Shown piece by piece: positions 35,880 to 45,772 of a DNA stretch of 47,445 nucleotides. The notes beneath the pieces were generated by a model, which did no database searches, had not been told where the DNA came from, and worked only from the letters and a program-made list of their open reading frames with translations. Location: NCBI GenBank assembly GCA_964614705.1, contig CAZTPH010000001.1, positions 1 through 47,445 on the forward strand. Reading direction: 5' to 3'. This stretch comes from an uncultured Coxiellaceae bacterium (GTDB lineage Bacteria > Pseudomonadota > Gammaproteobacteria > UBA9339). The number at the start of each line of letters is the position of its first letter. Within the stretch, counting starts at the first letter, position 1. The position numbers and the translations under genes are program-made.

Positions 35880-35938
35880 AAAAAACAGCAGGTTATTTTG
35901 TTATCTTGATGTAAAAAACAGCCGGTTGTTTTGGTTAT
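35880..35938 (+). repeat. two imperfect ~25-bp direct repeats upstream of xseA
   Basis: aaaaaacagcaggttattttgttat (35880-35904) and aaaaaacagccggttgttttggttat (35913-35938). Confidence 0.7.
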
Positions 35939-36017
35939 TTAAATTTATTTTATTGTAGACCTAATCATAAAAATTAGTCAGAATATCTACTGGTATGAAA
36001 ATCGACTAACGGGCAAT

Positions 36018-37223
36018 ATGACCGAACCCAAAATTATCAAAGTTTCACAGTTAAATTTTTTAGTAAAAAAAATCTTAGAGGGAAATTTTAGCTCTATTTT
36101 AGTGGAAGGAGAGATCTCAAATTTAGTAATCCCAGCCTCAGGCCATATCTACTTCTCTCTTAAAGATGAATCAGCTCAAGTTCGAGCGGTGATGTTTCGC
36201 CAGCATGGTTTAGCACTTAAATTTAAACCGCTTGATGGGATGCAAGTAGTGGTTCGTGCAGAGGTAAGTTTGTATGAGGCGCGCGGAGATTACCAGCTAA
36301 TTATTGATAAGATGGAGCAATCAGGTCTAGGAGATTTACATGCGAAATTTTTGCAGCTTAAAGAAAAACTGACCAAGGTAGGCTTGTTTGATCTTAAGCA
36401 CAAAAAAACTTTGCCTAAATTTCCAAAAACTATTGGAGTAATTACCTCTAGAACAGGTGCAGTTATTCGCGATATTTTGCATGTTCTACACCGACGTTTT
36501 CCACCCATTGAAGTAATTATCTATCCGGTGATGGTACAAGGGAGTGGTGCTGCCGATCAGATTATCACAGCTATTCAAGCTGCTAATGCCAGGCAAGAAT
36601 GTGATCTGCTTATTTTAGCGCGAGGCGGAGGTTCTCTCGAAGATCTATGGACATTTAATGAAGAAAGTGTAGCGTATGCAATTTTTGAAAGTAGTCTACC
36701 AATTATTAGCGCCATTGGTCATGAAACCGATTTCACTATTGCTGATTTTGTTGCTGACTTACGTGCGCCTACTCCATCAGTTGCTGCAGAACTAGCTGTT
36801 CCCAGTATGCCAGAGCTGAAAAATAATTTGCGTAGCTTAATTGTGCATTTAATCCGAATAATTAACCATAATTTAGCAAAATATCAATTGCTATTTAATA
36901 ATCTTAAAACTCGTCTTAGACATCCCCAAGATTATCTTAATCAAAAGCGACAAAGAATCGACGAATTAGAACATAGATTGCATCTAGTGATTGCTAGAAT
37001 TTTTTCCAGCTATCAAGAGCGTTTAGCAAAACATAGCCAAGCGCTTCATGCTATTAGCCCACTAGCAACATTAGCTCGTGGTTATAGTATAACCACGAAA
37101 GACGGTGCGATTATTAAAAGCGTTTTAGTGACAAAAAAACATGATAGGTTAAACGTAAAATTATCAGACGGCGATTTGGTTTGCTTAGTTGACCAAATCA
37201 AAACTACGGGAATAGTCCCGTAG
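36018..37223 (+). CDS. xseA: exodeoxyribonuclease VII large subunit
   Basis: OB-fold N-terminus (VSQLN..VK..LE..F..I.V.GEISN), the central RGGGS.EDLW.FN motif, and a coiled C-terminal region. Confidence 0.93.
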   Translation: MTEPKIIKVSQLNFLVKKILEGNFSSILVEGEISNLVIPASGHIYFSLKDESAQVRAVMFRQHGLALKFKPLDGMQVVVRAEVSLYEARGDYQLIIDKMEQSGLGDLHAKFLQLKEKLTKVGLFDLKHKKTLPKFPKTIGVITSRTGAVIRDILHVLHRRFPPIEVIIYPVMVQGSGAADQIITAIQAANARQECDLLILARGGGSLEDLWTFNEESVAYAIFESSLPIISAIGHETDFTIADFVADLRAPTPSVAAELAVPSMPELKNNLRSLIVHLIRIINHNLAKYQLLFNNLKTRLRHPQDYLNQKRQRIDELEHRLHLVIARIFSSYQERLAKHSQALHAISPLATLARGYSITTKDGAIIKSVLVTKKHDRLNVKLSDGDLVCLVDQIKTTGIVP

Positions 37224-37264
37224 CAGATTATGGTTAAAAGGATTTTTCTATATTGGACGATGCG

Positions 37265-37456
37265 TTATTCTTCAACATCTGGCATTCTATTCTTTTCATC
37301 TTGGATACGTTGATATACCTCTTCACGATGCACAGAGATATCCTTAGGTGCATCGATACCTAAGCGCACCTGGTTACCTTTAATATTAAGTACCGTTATA
37401 GTTATCTGGTCTCCAATGATCAGAGATTCTCCAATCCTTCTTGTAAGTATTAACAT
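37265..37456 (-). CDS. csrA: carbon storage regulator CsrA
   Basis: [36 protein letters not shown]. Confidence 0.97.
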   Translation of the reverse strand: MLILTRRIGESLIIGDQITITVLNIKGNQVRLGIDAPKDISVHREEVYQRIQDEKNRMPDVEE

Positions 37457-37567
37457 ATTTTATTCTCCGTAAAACTTTCCATTGCAAAAATCAAAACCCA
37501 AGAGCATATAAAAAATCACATGCTCATAGAGGAGTGTAAACTACAAACATTAAGGAATTCTTAAATG

Positions 37568-40228
37568 TTAGTAATTTAATTTTTCTTTTATCCAGGGCAA
37601 AACGGAGTCTAAAGCTTCTTGGAGGGATGAGTTATTAGCAGTTCCTCCTCCCTGAGCTATCTCTTTTCTGCCGCCACCACTACCAGCTATCTGCTTAATT
37701 AAATACTCAAGTAGTATATTAGCACCGAGGCGATCAGTCAAATTATCTGTTACTCCTACAATCAAATGTACTTTTTCATCTTTAATACTAGATAAAACCA
37801 CTATAGTGGTTTTTACGGTATTCTTTATATTTTCTACCATCTCTTTCATGGAGTAAGCATCGATATCTCCTAGGTTAGCAATGATAATAGCGTTATCTCC
37901 GAGTCTAACCGCATTTTCAATTAATTTCTTGATTTTAATAGCATTAATTTCCTTTCTCAGCAATTTTAGCTCCTTATCTTTGAGATCCATATTATTTAGC
38001 AAATCATGTAATTTGGTCACAAGATCAACTGGATTAGCAGATATTACCCTTGCTACCTCCTTTAGCTGTTCAGCTATTTTGCTAATGATGAAGATAGCAT
38101 TTTCGCCGGTAGTAGCCTCAATTCTTCTAATTCCAGCGGCAATACTGGACTCATTGATTATTTTAAATAGACCAATATTACCCGTGTGTTTTACATGGGT
38201 ACCACCACATAGCTCTTTAGAAAAATCACCCATCGATACTACTCTTACCTCATCACCATATTTTTCGCCAAACAGTGCAGCAGCCCCACTTCTTTTGGCC
38301 TCTTCCAGCGAGGTTAATTCGGTATGTACCTCTAAATTAGAGCGAACATGTTGATTGACCAGTTTTTCTATTTCATCGATCTGTTCCTTAGTTAAAGCAA
38401 TAGGATAAGCAAAGTCAAAACGCAGGCGTTGGTCATCTACAGCAGATCCTCTTTGCGTAGCACTATCACCTAAAGTCATGCGTAGACTTTTGTGTAGTAA
38501 GTGAGTTGCAGAGTGGTTTAATCTAATGCGTTCTCTTCTATCAGCATCTATCTTGGCAGTAACTAATTCGCCAACACTAATAGAGCCATTTTTTAGTTGT
38601 CCATAGTGTAGCTGAGTTCCATCTTGTTTTTGGGTGTCATTTACCAAAAAAGTAAAAGCGCCAGCAAATATCTCACCGCTATCCCCAACCTGTCCTCCAG
38701 ATTCTCCGTAAAATGGAGTGATATCTAGAATAACAATCGCATCCTCACCAGCTGTAATAGTTGTTGTAGGCGCGCCGTCTGGTTTAAAAATAGCGATAAC
38801 TTTGCTTTGAGTTTGTTCAATATCGTAACCGACAAAATCAGTTTTATTTTCTATATCGAACGCTAATTTAGTGGTGAGTTTATTTTTTAGAGCAGCTTTA
38901 GAGTTTTCTCTTTGTTGGTTCATGTTATGCTCAAATCCATCGTGATCTACGGTTAGTCCATGTTTTTTTGCGATCTCTTCAGTTAAAATAATTGGTAAAC
39001 CATAAGTATCGTGAAGGGTAAAAGCAACGATCCCAGGAATAATTTTGCCCTTAAGTTTTTGTAACTCTCCTGCAAGAATTTTTAAACCGCGATCAAGGGT
39101 TTCTAAAAATCTCCCCTCTTCTTGTTGTAAAGTTGTAACAATTTGGTTTTGTAATTGATCTAGTTTCATTTCGGGATATACAGGTGAAAAGATTTTGATC
39201 AGAGGGTCAACCAAGCGGAAGAAAAAAGGATCTCTAATATCTAGGCGATATAAATAATATACTGCACGACGAATAATGCTGCGTAGCACATAACCAGATT
39301 TTTCATTGGAGGGAATTACTCCATCAGCAATTAAAAAAGCAGCAGAACGAATGTGGTCTACCACTACTCTTGCAGCGATCTTAGCTTCATCAGATGCTAT
39401 AAGTGGCAGTTTGGTTCCATGATGATTTTTAAGCATTGCAAAAAATGTTGCTTTTAGTTCAGCAAAGATATCAATGTCGTAGTTATCGTGTACCCCCTGC
39501 ATGACAGCAGCTATTCTTTCTAAACCCATGCCAGTATCGATGGAGGGTTTTGGTAGTGGAGCAAGCTTGCTTTGGTTATCGCGCTCAAATTGCATAAAGA
39601 CCAAATTCCAAATCTCGACATACCGCTCTCCCTCAGTTTTTCCACCAGGAGGATCTCCAGGAAAATGTTCCCCATGATCATAAAATATTTCGCTGCAATA
39701 TCCACACGGACCAGTTTCTCCCATCGCCCAAAAATTATCTTGGTCATCACAATGACTCAAGCCTTGGGCTGCTTTGTTACTGGATTTAAACTCTTGTTGC
39801 CACAACTGTTCAGTTTCTAAATCTTTTTTATGTACGGTAATCCAAAGTCGCTTGGGATCTATTCCCAACTCTTCAGTCAAAAATTCCCAGGCATAGTGAA
39901 TAGCTTCTGTTTTAAAGTAATCGCCAAAACTGAAATTTCCTAGCATTTCAAAAAAAGTATGGTGACGAGTAGTATAACCAACATTTCCCAAATCGTTATG
40001 TTTCCCACTAGCACGCAAACATCTTTGTGCACTAGCAGCTCGAGTATAGGAACGTTTTTCTGCGCCTAAAAAAAGAGCCTTAAACTGCACCATCCCGGCA
40101 TTGGTGAAAAATAGGGTGGGATCACCAACTGGTACCAGCGAGCTACTGGGTACTACTTGGTGGTTGTGTTGTTCAAAGTATCTTAAAAAGGCAGATCTAA
40201 TCTCTGCTGTGCTAGTAATTTTGGTCAT
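37568..40228 (-). CDS. alaS: alanine--tRNA ligase
   Basis: 886 aa with FTNAGM, class II core, editing-domain HxxxH (HSATHLLH)/C..TH motifs and a C-terminal DHHA1-like domain. Confidence 0.97.
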   Translation of the reverse strand: MTKITSTAEIRSAFLRYFEQHNHQVVPSSSLVPVGDPTLFFTNAGMVQFKALFLGAEKRSYTRAASAQRCLRASGKHNDLGNVGYTTRHHTFFEMLGNFSFGDYFKTEAIHYAWEFLTEELGIDPKRLWITVHKKDLETEQLWQQEFKSSNKAAQGLSHCDDQDNFWAMGETGPCGYCSEIFYDHGEHFPGDPPGGKTEGERYVEIWNLVFMQFERDNQSKLAPLPKPSIDTGMGLERIAAVMQGVHDNYDIDIFAELKATFFAMLKNHHGTKLPLIASDEAKIAARVVVDHIRSAAFLIADGVIPSNEKSGYVLRSIIRRAVYYLYRLDIRDPFFFRLVDPLIKIFSPVYPEMKLDQLQNQIVTTLQQEEGRFLETLDRGLKILAGELQKLKGKIIPGIVAFTLHDTYGLPIILTEEIAKKHGLTVDHDGFEHNMNQQRENSKAALKNKLTTKLAFDIENKTDFVGYDIEQTQSKVIAIFKPDGAPTTTITAGEDAIVILDITPFYGESGGQVGDSGEIFAGAFTFLVNDTQKQDGTQLHYGQLKNGSISVGELVTAKIDADRRERIRLNHSATHLLHKSLRMTLGDSATQRGSAVDDQRLRFDFAYPIALTKEQIDEIEKLVNQHVRSNLEVHTELTSLEEAKRSGAAALFGEKYGDEVRVVSMGDFSKELCGGTHVKHTGNIGLFKIINESSIAAGIRRIEATTGENAIFIISKIAEQLKEVARVISANPVDLVTKLHDLLNNMDLKDKELKLLRKEINAIKIKKLIENAVRLGDNAIIIANLGDIDAYSMKEMVENIKNTVKTTIVVLSSIKDEKVHLIVGVTDNLTDRLGANILLEYLIKQIAGSGGGRKEIAQGGGTANNSSLQEALDSVLPWIKEKLNY

Positions 40229-40658
40229 ATTTTAATGCTTCTCTTATTTGATCATTGGTAAAACCTTTGCCTGCTAAGTAGCGGATTAATTTTGCTAATT
40301 CATGGGTATTTTTTGGAGTATCTTGACCAAATTTCTTTTCTGCCAGCTGTTTTGCTTTTGCAACCCAATCGTTTTTGTATAAAGAAAGAAATTTTTCAAC
40401 CTCCTCTTTTGCTATGCCGCGCTCTCTTAATTCTAGCGCAATTTTAATCGGACCAAAACCCTTGCGTATTCGCATATTAACATAACTTTCAGTAAAGCGC
40501 TCATCGCTTTGCAGTTTTTGGTTGGCAAGATTACGCAGCTCTTGATCAATTTGGTCTCTATCAAAACCCTTGGCAAGTAGTTTTTGTTTTAACTCAAAGC
40601 AAGAATGCTCGCGCCTGGCTAGCATATCTAGGGCAAGAGAGCGAATATTGTTCGGCAT
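40212..40658 (-). CDS. recX: recombination regulator RecX
   Basis: Helical-repeat protein directly after recA. ATG 40658 lies 4 nt after the recA stop. The longer track ORF to 40700 would overlap recA. Confidence 0.85.
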   Translation of the reverse strand: MPNNIRSLALDMLARREHSCFELKQKLLAKGFDRDQIDQELRNLANQKLQSDERFTESYVNMRIRKGFGPIKIALELRERGIAKEEVEKFLSLYKNDWVAKAKQLAEKKFGQDTPKNTHELAKLIRYLAGKGFTNDQIREALKYDQNY

Positions 40659-40662
40659 AAAA

Positions 40663-41706
40663 CTAGCTTTTCTTTTCTTTAGCTTTTGGCGGTTGTTCAC
40701 CAGCTTTAGCTGGCTGTTTGTCCAGTAATTTAGCTCTCAGCTGTTTTTCGATTTCGGTCGCTATCTCAGGATGTTCTCTTAAAAATTCACGAGCATTATC
40801 CTTGCCTTGGCCAATATGTTTACCTTTATAATCATACCAGGCGCCAGACTTGTCGATTAATTCATGTTGTACGCCCAGATCGATAATTTCTCCTTCGCGT
40901 GAAATTCCTTGGTCGTAAAGAATTTCAAATTCAGCCAATCTAAATGGTGGAGCAACTTTATTTTTTACTACTTTCACTCTAGTTTCGTTACCGATTACTT
41001 CGTCACCCCTTTTAATTGAGCCAGTACGACGAATATCTAATCTAACTGAAGCATAAAATTTAAGCGCATTACCGCCAGTTGTGGTTTCTGGATTGCCAAA
41101 CATCACCCCAATCTTCATTCTAATTTGGTTAATAAAAATCACTAAAGTGTTAGAGCGCTTAATATTGGCAGTAAGTTTACGCAGGGCTTGTGACATCAGC
41201 CTCGCTTGTAACCCCATGTGTTGATCGCCCATCTCCCCTTCGATTTCTGCTTTTGGAGTTAAAGCAGCTACGGAGTCAATTACAACTAAATCAACTGCGC
41301 TGGAGCGTACTAGCATATCGGCAATCTCTAGTGCTTGTTCACCAGTGTCGGGTTGTGAGATCAATAGATCTCCTACTTTTACTCCCAATTTTTCTGCGTA
41401 TGATGGGTCAAGAGCATGCTCAGCATCGATAAAAGCAGCAGTTCCACCTTGTTTTTGAATTTCAGCTACTACATGTAAAGTTAAAGTGGTTTTGCCAGAT
41501 GATTCTGGGCCATAAATTTCTACTACTCTACCACGCGGCAAGCCTCCAATTCCTAAAGCAACATCTAGTCCTAAAGATCCAGTTGAAACAGTTTGAATGT
41601 CTCTATTGGCTTCATAGTCGCCAAGAAGCATGACTGACCCTTTGCCAAATTGTTTGTCGATCTGAGACAGTGCAGCTGCTAACGCTTTTTTACGATTTTC
41701 ATCCAT
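40663..41706 (-). CDS. recA: recombinase RecA
   Basis: Walker [11 protein letters not shown]1/L2 loops and FINQIR. Full length plus a Lys/Pro/Ala-rich C-terminal tail. Confidence 0.98.
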   Translation of the reverse strand: MDENRKKALAAALSQIDKQFGKGSVMLLGDYEANRDIQTVSTGSLGLDVALGIGGLPRGRVVEIYGPESSGKTTLTLHVVAEIQKQGGTAAFIDAEHALDPSYAEKLGVKVGDLLISQPDTGEQALEIADMLVRSSAVDLVVIDSVAALTPKAEIEGEMGDQHMGLQARLMSQALRKLTANIKRSNTLVIFINQIRMKIGVMFGNPETTTGGNALKFYASVRLDIRRTGSIKRGDEVIGNETRVKVVKNKVAPPFRLAEFEILYDQGISREGEIIDLGVQHELIDKSGAWYDYKGKHIGQGKDNAREFLREHPEIATEIEKQLRAKLLDKQPAKAGEQPPKAKEKKS

Positions 41707-41788
41707 ATCTTATACCCCTTTTAAAATTGTTTTTGTTTGCCTATTATTACACAAAAAGCATGATAATAAACTACGTGATTTCAGTTTT

Positions 41789-42616
41789 TTATTGAGAATT
41801 ATTTTGGGTATCTTGGCTAGATTCGCGATCTTCAGCATATGCGGCTATCCCAAGCAACTCAGGTATAGTCACAAACTCATAGCCCTTCCCTTTTAGTTCT
41901 TTAATTATAATGGCTAGCGCCTCTACCGTTTTTTGTCTATTGCCACCACCATCATGCAGCGTAATTATTGCCCCTGGTCCAACTAAGCTTATGATTTCAC
42001 TTGCTATTTTTGTAGGGCTAGTAGCTTTAAAATGGTAGTCGTCAGTAATTGAGCTCCACATAATGGTTTTTAAGCCTAAATTTCTTGCTACTCTAAAAGA
42101 TTTAATCGAACAAGAACCGTATGGCGGGCGAAATAAAAGAGGTTTTTTGCCAATGACTTTATGGATTGCTTGCGATCCTTGCACCAATTCTTGCTCAATT
42201 GCTTCACCCTCCAGGTTAGCAAGGTTATGATGAGATTCAGTATGATTGGCAATAATATTTCCGTCCAAAAATGCCTCTTGTACCACCTTAGGATATTCAG
42301 TGACGTTTTGTCCTACCATAAAAAATGTTCCATGAATATTATTTTCTCGCAAAATCTCTAGAATTTCTCTGGTATAACCGTTGTTTGGGCCATCATCGAA
42401 AGTTAAGGCTACTATTTTTTTCGTGGTATCAGCATTTCTGATTCCGCGGCATGCTCTAATTGCCGCAGCAGATCTTTCTTTAGAGCTGATAACCGCCGAT
42501 TGATCAGCCTCATCTTTGAGTGATCTAAGGACATAGCTAAATTCGGCTGTAACACTTTCGGGTAACAAAAAGGTAACGCAAATAGCTATACTGATTATCT
42601 TTTTAAAGTTAAGCAT
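41789..42616 (-). CDS. exported polysaccharide deacetylase (NodB homology domain, CE4)
   Basis: Signal peptide plus NodB motifs TFDDGP, HTESH and RPPYG. Confidence 0.85.
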   Translation of the reverse strand: MLNFKKIISIAICVTFLLPESVTAEFSYVLRSLKDEADQSAVISSKERSAAAIRACRGIRNADTTKKIVALTFDDGPNNGYTREILEILRENNIHGTFFMVGQNVTEYPKVVQEAFLDGNIIANHTESHHNLANLEGEAIEQELVQGSQAIHKVIGKKPLLFRPPYGSCSIKSFRVARNLGLKTIMWSSITDDYHFKATSPTKIASEIISLVGPGAIITLHDGGGNRQKTVEALAIIIKELKGKGYEFVTIPELLGIAAYAEDRESSQDTQNNSQ

Positions 42617-42647
42617 TATTTATCAACAGATTGTAAACAAAATGCAG

Positions 42648-43133
42648 TTATAGAAGCTCTTTTAACAACCAATCTAAGGCAAATTTTACCGCTTGAGCTC
42701 TAACCGCATCACGATTGCCGCCAAAGCGCATTGTAACGTTTTTTGGAGAATTTGCTAGACTAATTACTGAAAAAGATACAGTTCCAACTGGTTTGGTTCT
42801 AGACCCACCGCTTGGGCCGGCAATGCCGGTAATAGCAATGGCAATTTTAGCATGGCTGTGTTTAAGGGCTCCGTGCGCCATCTCTTCGGCGGTTTTTTCG
42901 CTAATTGCTCCAAATTTTGCCAGAGTACGTTTTTTTACTCCTAATTCTTCGGTTTTAGCTAGATTGCTATAGACGACAAATCCTCGGTCAAAGTATTCTG
43001 AGCTACCAGCTATAGCAGTAATTGCGCCAGCTAACAAGCCGCCGGTGCAAGACTCAGCGCATACCAAATAAAGATGCTGTTTTTTTAAACATTTACCAAC
43101 TTTTTTAGCTAGTTTAATAATTTCTTGATTCAT
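42648..43133 (-). CDS. pncC: nicotinamide-nucleotide amidohydrolase (CinA C-terminal domain)
   Basis: ESCTGG and TGIAGP motifs, 161 aa. The usual position is upstream of recA. Confidence 0.88.
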   Translation of the reverse strand: MNQEIIKLAKKVGKCLKKQHLYLVCAESCTGGLLAGAITAIAGSSEYFDRGFVVYSNLAKTEELGVKKRTLAKFGAISEKTAEEMAHGALKHSHAKIAIAITGIAGPSGGSRTKPVGTVSFSVISLANSPKNVTMRFGGNRDAVRAQAVKFALDWLLKELL

Positions 43134-43169
43134 AATATAATGCTAGTGATAAATTTAACTGAGATAATA

Positions 43170-44114
43170 ATGCTACCACCAAATTACGATGAAATAACCA
43201 AAAATTTGCAGTTGCCAAAGACCAATCTAGTTTTGATTTGGGACGGTAAGTTTGTTGATAGTGTCTCTGAGTTACCAAATGGGGTTGAATTTAAACAAGA
43301 TGCGCTAGTAGTAGGGGAGCTCGTACATCTTGATCGTCTAATCCATTTGTTATTTGTTGCTACCAAGAATTTTCAGTTTCAACTCAAGATAATAGTAGCG
43401 TCTGGCAGTCAAGCTGAGTTTATTGAAGAACATATTTCTTTAGCTAGTACCGACCCAGGTTCTAATGTTCAAATAGCCATGACCATTGAAGTCAAAGATA
43501 GTGCTGGATTAATTTGGCATCAATTTGGTGATAGTATCGCTACCTATAATAATAGCGTGGAAATTATTCAATCAGCATCAAGCCAGGTAACGAGGAATTT
43601 TCTAAGTAAGAAAAGCCGTAATTTTTATGAACAACTTAATATTAAACTTAATGAGGAAAATGCTCTGGTCAAAATTAATGGGATAAATTTTGCAAGTAGC
43701 CACCAAAAGATGACAAATCAGATCTTAATTGAACATATCAAGCCAAGTTGTGCCAGTGAGGTTTTAGCTAAAAGCGTAGTTGGAGGTAGCGGAGAAAATA
43801 ATTTCGATTGCCGTGTGATCGTATATTCTGGCGCTTCACAGAGTAAAGCGCAGGTTACTAATAAAAATCTGTTATTGTCTGATCAGGCAATAGCTAATAC
43901 TTCACCTGAGCTTGAAATCTATAATGATGATGTGATCTGCAACCACGGAGCTACAGTTGGTCAAGTTGATCAAGAGGCTATTTTTTATCTACAATCGCGA
44001 GGAATACCCAAAAGTGAAGCGATCAAGATGCTTGCAGTTGCCTTTGTTGAAGAGGTAATCTCATTGCTCCCTAAATATGATCGGTTAATGCAACTGGCGT
44101 TAAATTATGAATAA
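43170..44114 (+). CDS. sufD: Fe-S cluster assembly protein SufD-like
   Basis: C-terminal SufB/D signature NLLLSD.A.A.T.PELEIY.DDV.C.HGATVG..D.EA.FYL.SRGI. ATG 43170 is preferred over 43125, which overlaps the divergent pncC start. Confidence 0.8.
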   Translation: MLPPNYDEITKNLQLPKTNLVLIWDGKFVDSVSELPNGVEFKQDALVVGELVHLDRLIHLLFVATKNFQFQLKIIVASGSQAEFIEEHISLASTDPGSNVQIAMTIEVKDSAGLIWHQFGDSIATYNNSVEIIQSASSQVTRNFLSKKSRNFYEQLNIKLNEENALVKINGINFASSHQKMTNQILIEHIKPSCASEVLAKSVVGGSGENNFDCRVIVYSGASQSKAQVTNKNLLLSDQAIANTSPELEIYNDDVICNHGATVGQVDQEAIFYLQSRGIPKSEAIKMLAVAFVEEVISLLPKYDRLMQLALNYE

Positions 44115-45318
44115 AACCATTAGAGCACAATTTCCGATTTTACAAAATAACTTAACACCTAAGCCCTTAGTGTATCTGGATAATGCAGCTACTACTCAAA
44201 AACCTTTAAATGTGATTGAGGCAATGGATCATTTTTATTTGCATGATTTTGCTAATATTCATCGTGGAGTATATAAGTTGGCTGAGCGCGCTACCGTAGC
44301 TTATGAAAATGTGCGTGCCAATATTGCCCAATTTATTCATGCTAAACATGCTCATGAGATAATTTTTGTGCGCGGTGTTACTGAAGCAATTAATTTGGTT
44401 GCAGCAAGCTACGGAGGAGAATTTTTTAAATCTGGAGATGAAATTGTAATTAGTACCATGGAGCATCATTCTAATATCGTTCCTTGGCAATTAATTGCTA
44501 AGAAAACCGGTGCCAAATTAAAAGTTATTAATATCAATCAAAACGGGGAGATTGATCTAGATCATTATCAGCAACTACTTAATCAGCATACTAAGATGGT
44601 GGCTATTACCCATGTTTCGAATACCTTGGGAACTATTAATCCAGTAAAAAAAATAATTGAGATTGCGCATCAATACAATATTCCAGTGCTAGTAGATGGT
44701 GCGCAGGCTCTATCGCATCTACAAGTAGATGTTCAAGAGCTTGATTGTGATTTTTATACCTTCTCGGCCCACAAAGCTTACGGCCCTACTGGGGTTGGGG
44801 TTTTGTATGGCAAAGAAAAGTTTTTAGATATTATGCCGCCATATCAAGGCGGCGGCGATATGATTAAACGAGTAACTTTTGCTGAAAGTGAATTTGCCGA
44901 TTTACCCCAGAAGTTTGAGGCTGGGACCGCTAATATTGCAGGAGTGGTTGGTTTAGGCGCTGCTATTGATTTTATTAATTCTATTGGTTTAGGTAAGATT
45001 ATGAATCATGAAGAGCAGTTACTAAAATATGCTACAGATAAAATGCACAAGATAGATGGGCTAACTATCATTGGTAATGCTAAAGCTAAGATCGCAACTA
45101 TCTCTTTTGTTTTGCAACGCACCCATCCTCATGATGTTGCTACTATTTTAGACGGTGAGGGAGTGGCGGTAAGAGCTGGCAATCATTGTACTATGCCACT
45201 GATGGATTTTTATGGTATATCTGGCACAACTAGAGTATCCTTTGGGGTGTATAATACGCAAGCAGAAGTAGATATTTTAACTAGCGCAATTAATCAGGTT
45301 AATAAACTTTTTAAGTAG
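44107..45318 (+). CDS. sufS: cysteine desulfurase, SufS type
   Basis: PLP lysine in FSAHKAYGPTG and active-site RAGNHCTMPL, giving a group II desulfurase pattern. Confidence 0.95.
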   Translation: MNKTIRAQFPILQNNLTPKPLVYLDNAATTQKPLNVIEAMDHFYLHDFANIHRGVYKLAERATVAYENVRANIAQFIHAKHAHEIIFVRGVTEAINLVAASYGGEFFKSGDEIVISTMEHHSNIVPWQLIAKKTGAKLKVININQNGEIDLDHYQQLLNQHTKMVAITHVSNTLGTINPVKKIIEIAHQYNIPVLVDGAQALSHLQVDVQELDCDFYTFSAHKAYGPTGVGVLYGKEKFLDIMPPYQGGGDMIKRVTFAESEFADLPQKFEAGTANIAGVVGLGAAIDFINSIGLGKIMNHEEQLLKYATDKMHKIDGLTIIGNAKAKIATISFVLQRTHPHDVATILDGEGVAVRAGNHCTMPLMDFYGISGTTRVSFGVYNTQAEVDILTSAINQVNKLFK

Positions 45319-45324
45319 GTTTAT

Positions 45325-45765
45325 ATGAGCGATTTAAAAGAGTTATATCAGCAAGTAATCATTGATCACAGCCAACATCCCCATAATTTTCGAGCACTTG
45401 AAAACGCTGACCATGTTCAAGATGGTTTTAATCCATTGTGTGGGGATAAGTTAACGCTCTATATTAAAGAGCAAGAAGGGGTGATTACTGAGGTTGGTTT
45501 TAAAGGAGAAGGGTGTGCAATTTCCACCGCTTCTGCATCATTAATGAGTGATGCAATCAAAAATAAAACTCATCAAGAAGCTTTGGAATTGCTTGAGGCT
45601 TTTCAAGAGATGATTGTCACTGGGAAAGTAGCTAATCCGGAAAAGCTAGGTAAATTAGCTATTTTAGCCGGTGTAGCGGAATTCCCTATGCGGGTAAAAT
45701 GCGCCACTTTGGCTTGGCATACTTTGAAAGCTGCGCTGAGTAAAGAAAATAAAAAAGAGAAATAA
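45325..45765 (+). CDS. sufU: SufU/IscU-like Fe-S scaffold / sulfur acceptor
   Basis: Three conserved Cys (NPLCGD, GCAIS, VKCATL) in a 146-aa NifU-N-like protein next to sufS. Confidence 0.85.
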   Translation: MSDLKELYQQVIIDHSQHPHNFRALENADHVQDGFNPLCGDKLTLYIKEQEGVITEVGFKGEGCAISTASASLMSDAIKNKTHQEALELLEAFQEMIVTGKVANPEKLGKLAILAGVAEFPMRVKCATLAWHTLKAALSKENKKEK

Positions 45766-45772
45766 GAAGTGT

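Noticed and set aside
37881-38354. 157-aa ORF antisense to alaS. The same applies to track ORFs nested in or antisense to uvrA (3239-3433, 3366-3599, 4238-4426, 5056-5274), ftsK (27388-28185), feoB (31841-32506), recA, trxB, ttcA and others.
   Set aside because: All lie entirely inside strongly supported conserved genes. They have low-complexity or odd composition, no Shine-Dalgarno and no recognisable motifs. They are typical shadow ORFs.
41707-41788. I looked for a LexA/SOS box (CTGT-N8-ACAG) upstream of recA, and also upstream of uvrA at 2850-3012.
   Set aside because: No match better than half-sites was found by eye. Many Legionellales-type genomes lack LexA, so absence is unremarkable.
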